Below, piece after piece: positions 39,229 to 51,833 of a stretch of DNA of 64,000 nucleotides. Position numbers and translations under genes: made by a program. The notes beneath the pieces were generated by a model. That model did no database searches. It was not told where the DNA came from and was given only the letters and a program-made list of their open reading frames with translations. The stretch covers positions 26,166,001-26,230,000 of the forward strand of contig NC_087252.1 of the NCBI RefSeq assembly GCF_037042905.1, read 5' to 3'. The stretch is from Lytechinus pictus. Taxonomy: Eukaryota. How positions within the stretch are numbered: the stretch's first letter is position 1; the number at the start of each line of letters is the position of its first letter.

Positions 39229-39555
39229 CTTAAAAAGAGAAAAGTTTTTATGATTTTATGAAAATGAGATTGGATTAACATTAAAAAAGTTACAAAAAAA
39301 TTAAAATCTCTTGGGCACATAGACGATATACATCTAGGCAATTACATACATTAGAGTAATAACAACCTTTTTGTACGTCTTACCCCCCCCCCCCACACAC
39401 CCTCAATTTTCAATTTGCAAGCATTGACAGCATAACATGTATTCATAAGAAGCATCAATGGAAAGGGTGGTGCCAAGCATCATCGCAAAGTTCTACGAGA
39501 CAACATCCAAGGACCATTCATATCAAGAAGGTCTCACTAATACTTCATGAAATTG

Positions 39556-39835
39556 CCAGTGGATTACAAAGGGTTGTGGGTTCGAATGCCAGCCTTGGTG
39601 TAATTTCTATCAGCAAGGAATTGATCCACAACGTGCTTCACTTAACACAGGTGAGGTAAATGGCACTGGAAGGAAGTAATTCCTAAAAAGCTCTAAGCCC
39701 CCAAATCGGTCGCCTAGCTTAGCAGAGGTAATATAGGAGCATCTTGAGCACCTAACAAGATGAATATGTACTGCACAAATACCCTATATTATCAACATTA
39801 TCATTATTATGATTATCATCATTCTTATTATTATC
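39556..39835 (+). mobile_element. Degenerate SINE, same family as 23379
   Basis: gtgggttcgaat, caggtgaggtaaatgg, cgcctagcttagc and ttgagcacctaacaag shared. Confidence 0.82.
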
Positions 39836-39894
39836 AATATATATTCAGCATGAATTCTTATGGTTTCTGAATATGAAAGATGACGAGTACTTAC

Positions 39895-39993
39895 CCTGAT
39901 ACTGGCAAGCTGATCCATTGAACCCCCTTGGGCACCTACATTCTCCTTCTATACATTCACCGCCATTCTCACACATTGGTTGACATTCAGGAA
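39895..39993 (-). CDS. Exon: EGF (VPECQPMCENGGECIEGECRCPRGFNGSACQYQ)
   Basis: 99 nt, cag|...|gtaag, 6 Cys. Confidence 0.93.
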
Positions 39994-41453
39994 CTGGAAC
40001 ATGAACACACAAAGCAACTTTGTCTTCATCAAAGTTATTCAAGTCATTCATCAGATAATCTTCAAGATTTTTTGCTCGCTTTTGATTGTATTCATGGACT
40101 AGCATCCATTATGGTCTTTCTTTTTTCAATTACTACAGACCATTAGGTCTTTATGCTCATCAACATCTGGTTACCATGTCATTTTAAAAGCTCCAAAAAC
40201 ATGGGGGGTGAGATCCTTTGCTCATGCATGACCAACATTAAGGGATAGCCTTCCTGAAGACATAAACAAATTGTTACTCTGTTGTAGGCTAGGACAGCCC
40301 TGGGCCAGGCACTTTGAGCTAAGCTATCACAACGCAGAGCAATACGATGGAGGCATGAAATATCCAAACTTCACAACCCAGTGAACTTTGATGTTAACCA
40401 GCATTAAGTTGAATGCATTGATAACATATTTAGCTAAAATATATTTGAATTTCCTAATATTCATTTGATGATAATACAAATTTATAGATAGCAGAAACTA
40501 TTCAACAAAGTATATAGTCTATTGTATCCCTTTTATGAACATTCATGAGTATTCTAGATAAACAATTGGTCAATTCGTGATCATGTGATAAAGTATAATT
40601 TCAATTGGAAAAACATCACTGCAAATTAGCTCCTTATAGTTTTCTTCCAGCTCCGTATATTTTTCGATATACTTTCATGGGCAGAAATGCGCATGCTTAT
40701 GCTTGATATGTTCTCACAAGGTTGAACTGCGCATGCTCCCTGACTTGACCGAATCATCGATCCAGATCCCGCTCAAATTATTTACCGACAATCTAAAAAG
40801 TCAGTGTTGAATTGGGTCTAGATTATCATGCAGGAAATATAATTCCATGACGGCCATTCATACAGGACACCTGAATTGACGGTAAATTTGCAAACTCAAA
40901 AGGAGTGTCAAAGTCCAATACGAGAGTCTTAAAAATTAGTTAGCTTACGCGCTTACAAAATTATCTTGAGACTGAGTGCAACTGCAGCAGCGCAGCGCAG
41001 TGTACCCCCCATTAATTGCAGTCGGATAGAAGCCGCGAGCAGCCTAACAATGGACTGGCTAGCATTAGCTCGACAGGACTAAGACTAGCTAGGACTAACT
41101 TAGGTCCGGCAACGTTAGAATTGGTCTAACGTAGATTGGTTGCAAATCAGCAAGGACTAGGTCTACAAGTTAAAGAGGGATATGAAAGAAATATATCAGG
41201 TGTTTCTTTTGAAAGCATAGTGGAAATTATTAATCCTCGGTTAGACTGGCAATGTAACTATTTTTCCCTCGCGAACAGGAAATATAGTGATTTCCAGTAC
41301 AACCTCGGGGAATAAATAATTCCCACTCTAATTTCTCAAAGCCTGATATATTTGTATACTATGCTATAGAAGTCTCCCGATACGCTTAATTTGAATGTAA
41401 CAGTTTAAGAAATGTTCGCACAAAGAAATACAATTCAAAAGAATACAACCTAC

Positions 41454-41552
41454 CCAGCTCGTCACAGGCTTCACCGGTGTATCCTTCCAGACAAAGACAG
41501 ATACCTTCTATGCAGCGCCCTCCATTGACACAACGTGGGATACATGGATAGG
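41454..41552 (-). CDS. Exon: EGF (YPCIPRCVNGGRCIEGICLCLEGYTGEACDEL)
   Basis: 99 nt, cag|...|gtagg, 6 Cys. Confidence 0.93.
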
Positions 41553-42029
41553 CTGAAAAATAAAGAAACAAATGAGAAGCATATTTAATGACACGCAACT
41601 TACCAAGTAGGTACATGAAGTATCCCGGTCATATAGTATGGGACAGTAACTTGGTATCTTTGCCATCGACATTAAATTCTCTGGAAACCTGGATTTTTAA
41701 TTGGTGGTCGACTCCAGTTACCATGGTAGTTGTTTAAGCCAAAGTTATTTTAATGTTTTATGCAATGTTGCAAAGGAGTTTCAGAATTAATATTGATGAA
41801 AAAACAAAAAAGTTGTAGAAAAGAAATAATAGAAAAAGGGGAAGAAAAAGAAGTAGACAGAAGAAGAAACCATCAATACTTGATACTTTCACAATGTTAA
41901 TTATACTTAAGAGAGATTAAACCTAAGACCACCGGAAGAAGAAGAAAAGAAGGAGGAAGATAAAGGGAAGGTAATGAAGGGAAGAGGACATGACAAAATT
42001 TGAAGTAAGAGAGCATCAACAAAACTTAC

Positions 42030-42176
42030 TGTTGTTGTAGATGGTGAGTGAGATAGACTGTTGGAGTGGTCCAGCATTACAGGTATACCTAGCACTGTCC
42101 TGTACACTGACATTCATGATCTTCAGTTGGGTGATGAAGGCTGACTTCCTGGAAGTGAAGATGTGGTTTCCTTCTC
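42030..42176 (-). CDS. Exon: Ig5 C-half (GEGNHIFTSRKSAFITQLKIMNVSVQDSARYTCNAGPLQQSISLTIYNN)
   Basis: 147 nt, tag|...|gtaag, DSARYTC. Confidence 0.9.
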
Positions 42177-42589
42177 CTAAAGATGGTATAAAATTTGATC
42201 ACTTAGGTTAATCTTTTAACTTTATGATCATCTATTTTTTTACAATTAGCATTGATCACATCACTTTGGGTTACATTATAATCTGTTTTCATGAATATTT
42301 CAGGGAGAATTAATAAATATCATGAGGTATTCAAGAGGATTAGTAATAAAAGAAATTACAGAGAACAATAGTTAATATCACTACCATAATGACCCTCATC
42401 AGCATCAATATTATGAACATGCAGGGTCATCATTCATTAATGTCGTCTATAACTCCATCCTCATTATCATCAATATGGAAAATACAATATTGCTGGAAGT
42501 AGCATAATCCCCTTAATTGCCATAATGCATATACAGGTAATTGTTGTCTTCAACATTATAAGGAGCATTGTTTTTTTCATTACAACCTT

Positions 42590-42850
42590 CATCAGCGTAA
42601 CCACCACCATTACCATTACCCTCAATGTCATCATTACCAATATCATTATCATCTTCACCATGACTATCATCCTAACCATCATCATTGCCATCACCATCAC
42701 CACCAATACCAACAACACTATCATCATCATCATCACCATCATCATCACCATCATCACCATCATCATCATCACCAACAACATCATCGTCCCCACCATCATC
42801 ATCAATATAACCAACATCATAATCATCACATTCATCATCACCACCACCAC
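42590..42850. repeat. (CAT/CAC)n tract abutting the Ig5 N-half donor
   Basis: Direct reading. Confidence 0.9.
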
Positions 42851-42854
42851 TTAC

Positions 42855-43013
42855 CAAAAACTGGCGACTGGATATACTGGTAGTCTCCTTTCCGCCATCT
42901 TGGATTGAGAGGAGCATCCGGTCCGTTGGTGATGCATAAGAAGCTCACATTCCCACCCTCAGTGTAGTCATTATCTGGATCAAGCTCGATTCGAAGGTTG
43001 GCATCGATGCTCA
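42855..43013 (-). CDS. Exon: Ig5 N-half (VSIDANLRIELDP...FLCITNG...PRWRKGDYQYIQSPVF)
   Basis: 159 nt, cag|...|gtaag. Confidence 0.9.
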
Positions 43014-43717
43014 CTGATAGCAGCATCAACGATTTCAGAGAATTTGGCAGATATGTTTATTGAGTTTGCTTATTTTGTTCATTGGATGAGTATTTTTATT
43101 TTGTTTTCTGAAACATTAAATTCAGCTATTTAACTATGATAGTACCTCAATCTTTATTCTTATTTCAATCAAGTAATAACATTTTCAGGATAATTAAAAA
43201 CCTAAGGTATCCTAGCTTTTCTACAGGTACACACTAAGGTTTGCATCCTACCTGATCACAAACAACCACCTGGGTGGAGAGTGGCAGATGTGGATTAGAG
43301 TCTTGCCAAAGGACATGAGAACCAGGACTGAGAGCCAAGATACAGAACCACAACACCATTAAATCTCCTTGAAATACAATGCTACAAGCCTGATAGTGGC
43401 TCAAGTCATGGTCAGTGTGGACTGCGACCACTCTGTATCACTGCTACAACCTTGTCGCTATGGGACTATTATTTGTCTACAACACCTACAGTATGGTTAT
43501 CTCTCGTATGTCAGATTTCCAGATTAAAGAGATATACATGTATGACAAATTAAATATTTGCCCATCAATCTAGCATATCTTTCATGACTTGGGGCTTTGT
43601 GTATTAAAAAAGTTATGACAAACAACAATTTAATAATCACTTCTTCGTCAAAGGTTTAATAATAACTATTTAAGGGTTGAACATAAATATTCATTTATTA
43701 CCAGATTGATATCTTAC

Positions 43718-43822
43718 CAGTGAATTGACAAAGTTCTCCAGTGAAATCAGGCTTACAGAAGCACCTGTGCTCAAGGCAGGTTCCTCCATTGTAGCAGGCC
43801 TGCATGCTGTGACATCCTGGTA
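43718..43822 (-). CDS. Exon: EGF (VPGCHSMQACYNGGTCLEHRCFCKPDFTGELCQFT)
   Basis: 105 nt, cag|...|gtaag, 6 Cys. Confidence 0.92.
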
Positions 43823-45260
43823 CTGTAAACAAAAAAGACAAATAGCATTCATCATGTAGTCCCATCATATCATAATCATGTTCTCCTATGATCCTCAAAT
43901 TAAAGCAACAAAAAAATTGAGGGCATGTCCTACTTGCATGAAATAAACACACTGAAAGCATTTAGTAAATCAGATCAAAATCACCTTAGATTTGTGATGA
44001 GCTTGTTCCTATTTCATTGAAAAGGCATTATTTAAAAAAAAATTACACATGCATTTGTGCCCTTATTGTGATATCACCAATTCGCATTTAATCCTGAGAG
44101 ATTGGTCAACCAGTGGATTCAACAATATGCATTATTCACAGTGTTCTACCTGCATTGATATCAAGTTACTGAGGGCATTTTAGTTAATACCATCATGATC
44201 CTCTTAGATGTGTCATAAGCTTTTTCTTTTCTTATGGAGAAGCGTAATTTTAAAAAAATATGAGGTCACTAACAATTTGTGCATTTTATCATACATGCAT
44301 GGAAATTTCACATTCATGGTGGCATCACTCCTTTGCATTAAAGTCATTATTTCATCCATGTTCTTCAACTTGATGTGAATTCATTTTAAGCATTGACCGA
44401 GTGCAAACTAGAAAATGGTGTATACTACTTTTCATGGTGTAAAAACAATGGTACATAACACTATGAAAAACAAAGTGGTTGACATTTAAAACAAAAGAAA
44501 GAAGTCTTGCTACTTACCTTCAAGATATATAGTACATATCATTTACGAAAATTAATGTAGCGACATTTCAGCATGATCATATAATTCAAACATCATAAAA
44601 ATATTGTGAAGTTAATCTTTAATTCTTGCTTTTGATCATTGGTCAATTTTGTCAAATAAATATTGTAAAAAATTGGATAGAATGCATGAACAATGATAAA
44701 AACTAACTAATATGAAATGATAAGAGTGACACAGAATTCGCTGTGAGCAAAACAGAGTTGTACATTCAGGTAGGCATCAACAAAATTGGTGCTGGTACTT
44801 TCTGGCCAACAAGAGAATTTGGAGGGGCACTAAGCTTTGCATTACATGAACATTCCAGCACTACTGATACTCTCAATAAATATAGCAAAAAAGGTCATGC
44901 CAGCTGCTTCACAGGAAAGTATATTATAAAGCCATGCAATCTATAGAAACACATTCAAACAAGTTTGTATAGTCTTCTTCAAAGCAGCATTTTAGAAATT
45001 ATGCAATAAAAAAGTGTTGTTAATAAGAAATTAGACAGTTAAGAAGACATATGATTCAGATTGTGAGAAGAAACTGCCTAGAAAATAAATCCAACTTCAT
45101 CGTCACTATTGTCTGTTGATGAAATTCATACATGGATATCTGATTTGATTTCTCAATCTTTGACATGGAGTTGAATAGTTGTATCTCTATAAAACTTCAA
45201 GAATTGCAGGCAGTGAATGGTGGATTATATAGTAATCTGTACCACATATTGGAAAAGCTA

Positions 45261-45340
45261 TTAACCCATTGCCCACTGGAACCAGATTATCTCTGTACAA
45301 GGGCTATGGGAATTACAGAATTCAGTAGTCAACAGGTTAA
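45261..45340. mobile_element. About 80-bp TTAA-bounded mini element
   Basis: ttaacccattgcccact...agtagtcaacaggttaa; tandem copies at 48770-48978. Confidence 0.65.
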
Positions 45341-47597
45341 GATTCAGAATCCCAGATATAATTGAAATCATGTGATTGATTTTTATTTTTTATTTGAAAT
45401 GATAAGATAATAAGAAAACACAATAAATGGCAAAAAACAAAAGTAGATGGAAAACACCGTTCTTCAAAATCTAGACAAGACTATTCACCACCTACAAAGT
45501 AAGTAGTGTAGCATTTAATGAAACAAATAGTAAATTATTTTCACTGATAACTGTTACAAGCAATTGAATACTTGTATGTGATTAGCTCAGTGCAAATTTA
45601 TGAGTGAAAATCATTATTTGTTTTATGAAGCAATACCCTGGCTTACTATTAACCGAATGATGTGTATACAACTTTCCTACAATTTAAATTAATCCGTATT
45701 TACTCTACAAAATGGCAACAAAATGTTTAGCATATATCACTCAGTTACAATGTTGAAAAAATCAAATATGGAGAAAACAGAAGCCAAAATGATCAATTAT
45801 ACAAGATCTTATTACAAAGTTGCCAATTTGCATTGTAAAAAAGTAATTTTATTGTTCTCATCACATTGCCAATCGCTTCATGAAACACTTTGCAGTTTTT
45901 TGCAAGTATACATACAGTAGCCTGCAGTCAGAGCACTAGAATAAATAGATAACACACATAAATATGAAGTGCAGAATTATTTTAATCACAAGTACTTGTG
46001 GATTTTTTTATTTTATTGCATTTTTGGGTTCAGCATACAAATGCTGCATTGTTAAAACTTGCGAATTTTCAAATTTTTAACTTTGATGCAATTGTGGGTC
46101 CATTGAGCGCTTAATTGTCATCATGCAGCGTGTGTACAGTACATCCTTGAAAAAGGAAACCCCCCTTTCATAAAACATTAAATTTTGTCAATCTGCAAAC
46201 ATATTTTTAATACAAATCTGATGCTAATAATAAGACAGAAATTTTATCCTTAATTTGAAAGCAAATTAATTGTTCATGCATGGCAGATTATAAACAATAA
46301 AAACTGAAGCTGTTTGTCTGAATTATGTAGAAATTCATCATTAAATGTATTCCTCTGCCATGTTGTAAGAAGGAACATAACAAAAAAATAAAAATAAGTG
46401 CCAATGAAAAATAGGTCTCATAATCAATTAATCAGTACAACTTGATTTGTCACTGAAATACCAAATTCTTGCCCATCTATGCATATAATTGTTTATACCA
46501 TATCGGATAACAAATTTAGAAGAAAAACTGAGTATTTTGGAGGTTTACATGATATATTGCAAATCATTTTTCAAAGTTAAAGAAACAATAATAATTTGTT
46601 CTCCTCTTTTTCTTTAGGATGCACTGTAAAAATGGAAATGTTTATATGCCTTAAAAACTTTAAATTTCATATAAAGCTCAAAATTCACATGGAAAACTAT
46701 CATTGTATAAATAATGGAAAGTTTCTTTCAATAGAATACATTGTATATCAAATATATTACTTTTACATGTACATGTAATTCACATGAAATCTATACTTGA
46801 TGCAACTATAAAATGTAAAATGCCATTCATATAATAAAGTAGGATGATTGAGTAGAAATTTATATACTGATGGCATGAGCATGGTACATAAATGTATGTA
46901 AATGTGCATGTGTGGTGAAAATGGTGTATGAATACATGAAATACTTGCCACGGACCAGAGCCCAAGGGGCCTGTTTCACGAACAACTTCAAGTTTGCCAT
47001 TATGGTAACTGAACTCAGCAGCCAATCCACATCGAGATTTCAATAGCATTATGGCAAAGTTATTATAATTGCAAGTCTTTGTGAAACAGAGCCCTACAGG
47101 TGGCATATTCGAGTGAAATGACACTAAACTATGGCAAGCCAATCACACTACCTTATTTGCTACATGTATTTATAGCAGACGTATTGTTTATGTTTTTATT
47201 TTAATTAAGACATCTTATGTTGTGTACTCTATAATTTCAAAGTATGCTTATTTCTATTCTATGAAAATTTGTAATAAATCATTTATATTCTATTAATTTC
47301 CTTCAAATTAGATGATAAACTAGAGAAAGGGTAAATTTCATAGATCTATGAAAAAGATATGATTTCAAGCAGTAACATGAATGGCCTGCCATAGCATGGT
47401 CAAATTACCACGTCGATCCTACACACTGTGACAACATTCCGTTTTTTGTTCCTTGATCAAAATTTTAATTGGCAACATTACACATATACTTCCTAATGAG
47501 CTATGATAATCGGTTCTCGATAGTGCTAATGGAAGGCAGGGGGAGGGGATGATTTCATTCCGATTTGGTATAGAGGATATAACATTTGTTTTTATAC

Positions 47598-47696
47598 CTT
47601 GCTGACTGCACGTCTCCCCTGTATGAGACTCGGGGCATTCACAACGACCCCCCTGGCAGACACCTCCATTCATACATGGGGGTGAGCAGTGTAAAG
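47598..47696 (-). CDS. Exon: EGF (ALHCSPPCMNGGVCQGGRCECPESHTGETCSQQ)
   Basis: 99 nt, cag|...|gtata (weak donor), 6 Cys; about 245 nt AG-free zone upstream. Confidence 0.9.
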
Positions 47697-48769
47697 CTGT
47701 CAGAGGGACAGAGACAAGGCATCCATAGAAAGAAAACAGATAGAGATCAAATAATATGTACATCACATAGAAAGAGGAAAGAAATGAATCAAATGTTAAA
47801 AATGTTAGCACAGAAATACACAGCAAAGGAAAATGTGTTCACAACAAAATAAATTACAAAGAAACGGATTTGATAAATTTGTTAAATCATCCAAGGGACA
47901 ACAAGCAAGAGTTGAACAAGAGAAAGATAATGAAGTTAATTAACTGAAACGTGATTTCACAATCTGTGTTGTAATTATTTCGAAATTGAAAAGTAAATGA
48001 CTTCACTTTTGAAAACATCAAATGAAAATAACTGCTTGAAATTCAGATAAGAAAGTTATTTGAACAGAAATCATGAAAAGAACCTAAAACAAGAATTAAA
48101 ACATTATGAATGGTCTATCAAAAATAGTTAGAAACATATACTACAAAGCCTAATATATAGACATTACACAAAGATTAAAAATAGAAGAAACATGTGTATA
48201 CAAACGTAACAAAACATCTTAGCAACTACAACAAATATGTATTAATCAGAAAAGGAGAGGCTAAAATATAATCAAATAAAAAAATAAATTTTCATCATGA
48301 GGAAAAAAACCAAAGGTAATTACAAGAAATTAGCTACTTCTAGGTATATTTTTCATTATCTTCGACCTATGTCTAAACTAAGACAAAAAGATAAAGCTAG
48401 AAGTTCAAAGCATTTTCACTTTTTATCTACATTTGTACATACATGTACAACTCAAACTAGTAGATACTAACAAGTGTTATAAAGAAGGATGAATATGTGT
48501 TTCTTGTCAGCATGTTCTTAGAGGGCATATCTACATTAACTCAGTGTGTCATGTTTTCCTGTTATCACTGATATGGCACAACCCTCAGATCTTTTTTTGG
48601 TACTAAACGGCTTTGCAAGGTTACCCTCAAAATTAAAATCCAGAATTAATATTTTCCTATTTGAAAAAAATAATGCACTATTTAGTTGTTTGCATGTGAA
48701 GACACGCACGCTCCTCTCTTTACTTAAAACAATTTATTTATGATGTCAGACTATTGCAGCCTATAATGA

Positions 48770-48978
48770 GATTATCCATGTACAAAGCCTACAGGAATGA
48801 TATGATCAACTAGTCAACAGGTTAACCCATTGCCCACCGGAACAAGGTGGTACCTTTAAAAAGCAACATGTCAATTCCAGAATTCAGTAGTCAACAGGTT
48901 AACCCATCGCCTACCGGAACAAGGTGATCCCTGTACAAAGCCTATGAAAATAATTGCCTTTGGTAGTCATCAGGTTAA
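48770..48978. repeat. Head-to-tail array (about 2.6 copies) of the 80-bp TTAA mini element
   Basis: Units joined through a shared ggTTAAccc. Confidence 0.7.
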
Positions 48979-48983
48979 CATAC

Positions 48984-49121
48984 CTAAGGTGAGGTTGTAC
49001 ACTCCAGCAACAGGTCCAATGGTACAGATGTAAAGTCCAGCTTGTTCACTTGAGATGCTGTCTAAGTGAAGAGTGGTGACGTTCATTCCTTGGAACTCCA
49101 CATGTACATGGTCTGCACCAC
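48984..49121 (-). CDS. Exon: Ig4 C-half (GGADHVHVEFQGMNVTTLHLDSISSEQAGLYICTIGPVAGVYNLTL)
   Basis: 138 nt, cag|...|gtatg, AGLYIC. Confidence 0.9.
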
Positions 49122-49309
49122 CTGATTTTGTGAGATGGGATAGTTTACCGGTAACCAATAGATTAAAGACATTAGTCCATTTGGGGGATACTATTTGTTT
49201 TAGATACAACATATACCACATAACCGTTTATGACGTTGATCAACACCACCATCAAGTATTTTCATTTCATAATTTTTCTCACTAGAACAATAACTTCTGC
49301 TAAAACTAT

Positions 49310-49840
49310 TATTACCACTATTTTAACAACCATTGTACAACGCCTACTTAGCTTGTTGTACGCAAACAAATGGGAGACTGAATATCAAACATTTGTACTG
49401 TTGCACACACGACGTACCATCCAAAATGTACCGTTGCACGGCTTTTGGAGGTGACGTCACAATAGGATTCAATTCTTTGCGCTCAGAAAAAATGAAGGTG
49501 AAATACGCGCATAGCTTGCAGGCTACATGCGCAATGCTGCCCGAGGTCATGTGCGCTTGTGGGATTTGCTTTTCGCTTTCAATAATTTTGCTCCCTTTAC
49601 ATAGATTACTGCAGGGAAAAACTCTTGTTTTCATATTTTCGCTAAACCCCGAGGCGTTGTACAACACAAATAGCGAATAATCTTACTCGTGCAATGGTGC
49701 GAGATTTCGCATTTGGTAAAGAACGAAACACTCTATTCAACTCGGCTAACGCCTCGTTGAATATAGCATCTTTCTTTCACCTTAAGCGAAATCTCGCACC
49801 ATCGCACTCATGCCTATTCGCTATTTGTATACTATTATCA
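49310..49840. mobile_element. Unclassified CpG-richer repeat with internal inverted repeats
   Basis: caaatagcgaata...atggtgcgagatttcgc mirrored by gcgaaatctcgcaccat...tattcgctatttg; ends approximate. Confidence 0.55.
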
Positions 49841-49891
49841 CAACCACCACTCCACCCTTTACCACTAGCGTCCCACACACACGTAACTCAC

Positions 49892-50050
49892 CATGTCCCA
49901 CTGGAGCTATTTCCTGACCCAGAGGTCCTATCCACATTGGTCTTCCAATCTCCACGGGTCCGTTCAACTCACACGCAACGCTGTAGCTCTGACCTGCAGA
50001 CGGTGGACTGTCTTGGATGGGGTTGAATTCCACGCTGAAATCTGTCTCAT
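49892..50050 (-). CDS. Exon: Ig4 N-half (ETDFSVEFNP...VACELNG...PMWIGPLGQEIAPVGH)
   Basis: 159 nt, cag|...|gtgag. Confidence 0.9.
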
Positions 50051-50309
50051 CTGCAATCATGATAAGATCACAAGAAAATAATACAAACATCTTTCAGATA
50101 TTTCACATCTTAATGAGATGTCAAGGATAAACTACATTGTGAATATGAACACATCTCCAACCTGATAAATTTGAGCAGCTTAACGGTGTGAGTCGCATTT
50201 TTACAGTCAGTAATTGGAACAAAAACACACTGTAGAAGTGTCCACAGTATGACACACTTAAATTTGACGATTTTGACAATGTGAATCACAATTTTTACAA
50301 AGGCCTCTA

Positions 50310-50798
50310 TGTGAACATGCTGTAAACACACTGTGATCATATTGTGAACACACTATAAACACACTGAACATATTTTAAGCACACTGAGAACATATTACGA
50401 ACACACTGTGAACATATTGTGAACACAGTGTGAACATATTGTAAACACACTGTGAACATATTATGAACACACTATAAACACACTGTGAACATATTGTGAA
50501 CACGCTGAAAACACACTGTGAACCTATTGTGAACACGCTATAAACACACTGTGAACATAGTGCAAACACACTAAACATACTGTGAACACAATATAAACAC
50601 ACTGTGAACATAGAGCGAACACGCTGTAAACACACTGATTATATTGTAAACACACTATAAACACACTGTGAAGATATTGTGAACACATTGTATACACACT
50701 GTGAAGATATTGTGAACACACTGTAAACACACTGTGATTATATTGTGAACACGCTGTGAACACACTGTGAACGTATTGTGAACATGCTGTAAACACAC
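50310..50798. repeat. Minisatellite built on an 11-bp subunit (acacactgtga / acatattgtga)
   Basis: Direct reading. Confidence 0.92.
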
Positions 50799-50855
50799 TT
50801 CATTCCAGCAGGGATATCTGAGAGTTCAACAAGAAAGATTAAATGAAAAACTCAC

Positions 50856-50954
50856 ATGAGTATTGGCAGCGAGGTCCAGTGAAAGACTCTGTACATTCAC
50901 AGATTCCATTCTCGCAACTGCCTCCATTCTCACACTCGGGAAGGCAGCGAGGAA
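50856..50954 (-). CDS. Exon: EGF (PRCLPECENGGSCENGICECTESFTGPRCQYS)
   Basis: 99 nt, tag|...|gtgag, 6 Cys. Confidence 0.93.
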
Positions 50955-51689
50955 CTAAAATAAACAGAGAACATACAAATTAATATCAAATATGGTCCAT
51001 GTTCAAGTATTTTATCTGGAAAAGATTAATAATAACTATCAATATGTATTGTAATCCTTCACTTTAATATAATGAGCAGAAAGACAAACAGCTTCATATT
51101 GCTTAAAAATTAAATGATCTGATGGGATAAATGGCAATGTGGAAAACATAACCCAAATGACTACAACAATCTGTAATTCCCAAGATTACCTGGTTCCAGA
51201 GAATAATGTGTGAAGTGTATATCTTCAAAAAGACAAGAATATTTATCAATATTTGTATAACACCAATATATATGCTGAATACATATATTGAACATATACA
51301 TAAATCCTAATCATTAGTATGATTGAAGATCAAAGAATTGGAAGTAATATCAAGTATCCAATATCTAAGTAATTACTATTACAAGGCATCACTCCACACT
51401 TTACTACTCAACACCAAGGTATCATATCGGTGCCCGGTCGAATTTGAAAGCCAACGTGAATGTAGGATGCCCAATAATTGACTTTGAATACTCCCCAGGG
51501 AGTGTAGAAAGTGTATGCTCCATGTACGGGCAAGGCAGAATCCGCTAACTGGGGTTAAAACAATTCTGTAATGTAGTTTAGAGACTTTCTTTCGACATAT
51601 TGAGCACTACTACATATTAAAGCAGTATATGATCATTATTACTAGAAGCAACTTTCTCTGTACAAGTCAATTCTGAATATCAAACTTAC

Positions 51690-51833
51690 TAAAGATGTTG
51701 ACAACCACCGTGTCTCTCTTAGGTTCCGCAGCACACGTGTAGATACCAGAATCAGACTCCACCAAGTCATTGAGCACCAGCCGAGTTTGGGTACGTGAAA
51801 TGACCTGTACCAATTGATTACCTAAGTCCACAT
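51690..51833 (-). CDS. Exon: Ig3 C-half (DVDLGNQLVQVISRTQTRLVLNDLVESDSGIYTCAAEPKRDTVVVNIF)
   Basis: 144 nt, tag|...|gtaag, DSGIYTC; a second in-frame AG 12 nt inside is also possible. Confidence 0.9.

Noticed and set aside
50375..50796. Cys-rich ORFs that might suggest a metal-binding protein, or a CRISPR-like array
   Set aside because: Translation of an 11-bp-based minisatellite; no unique spacers; eukaryotic context
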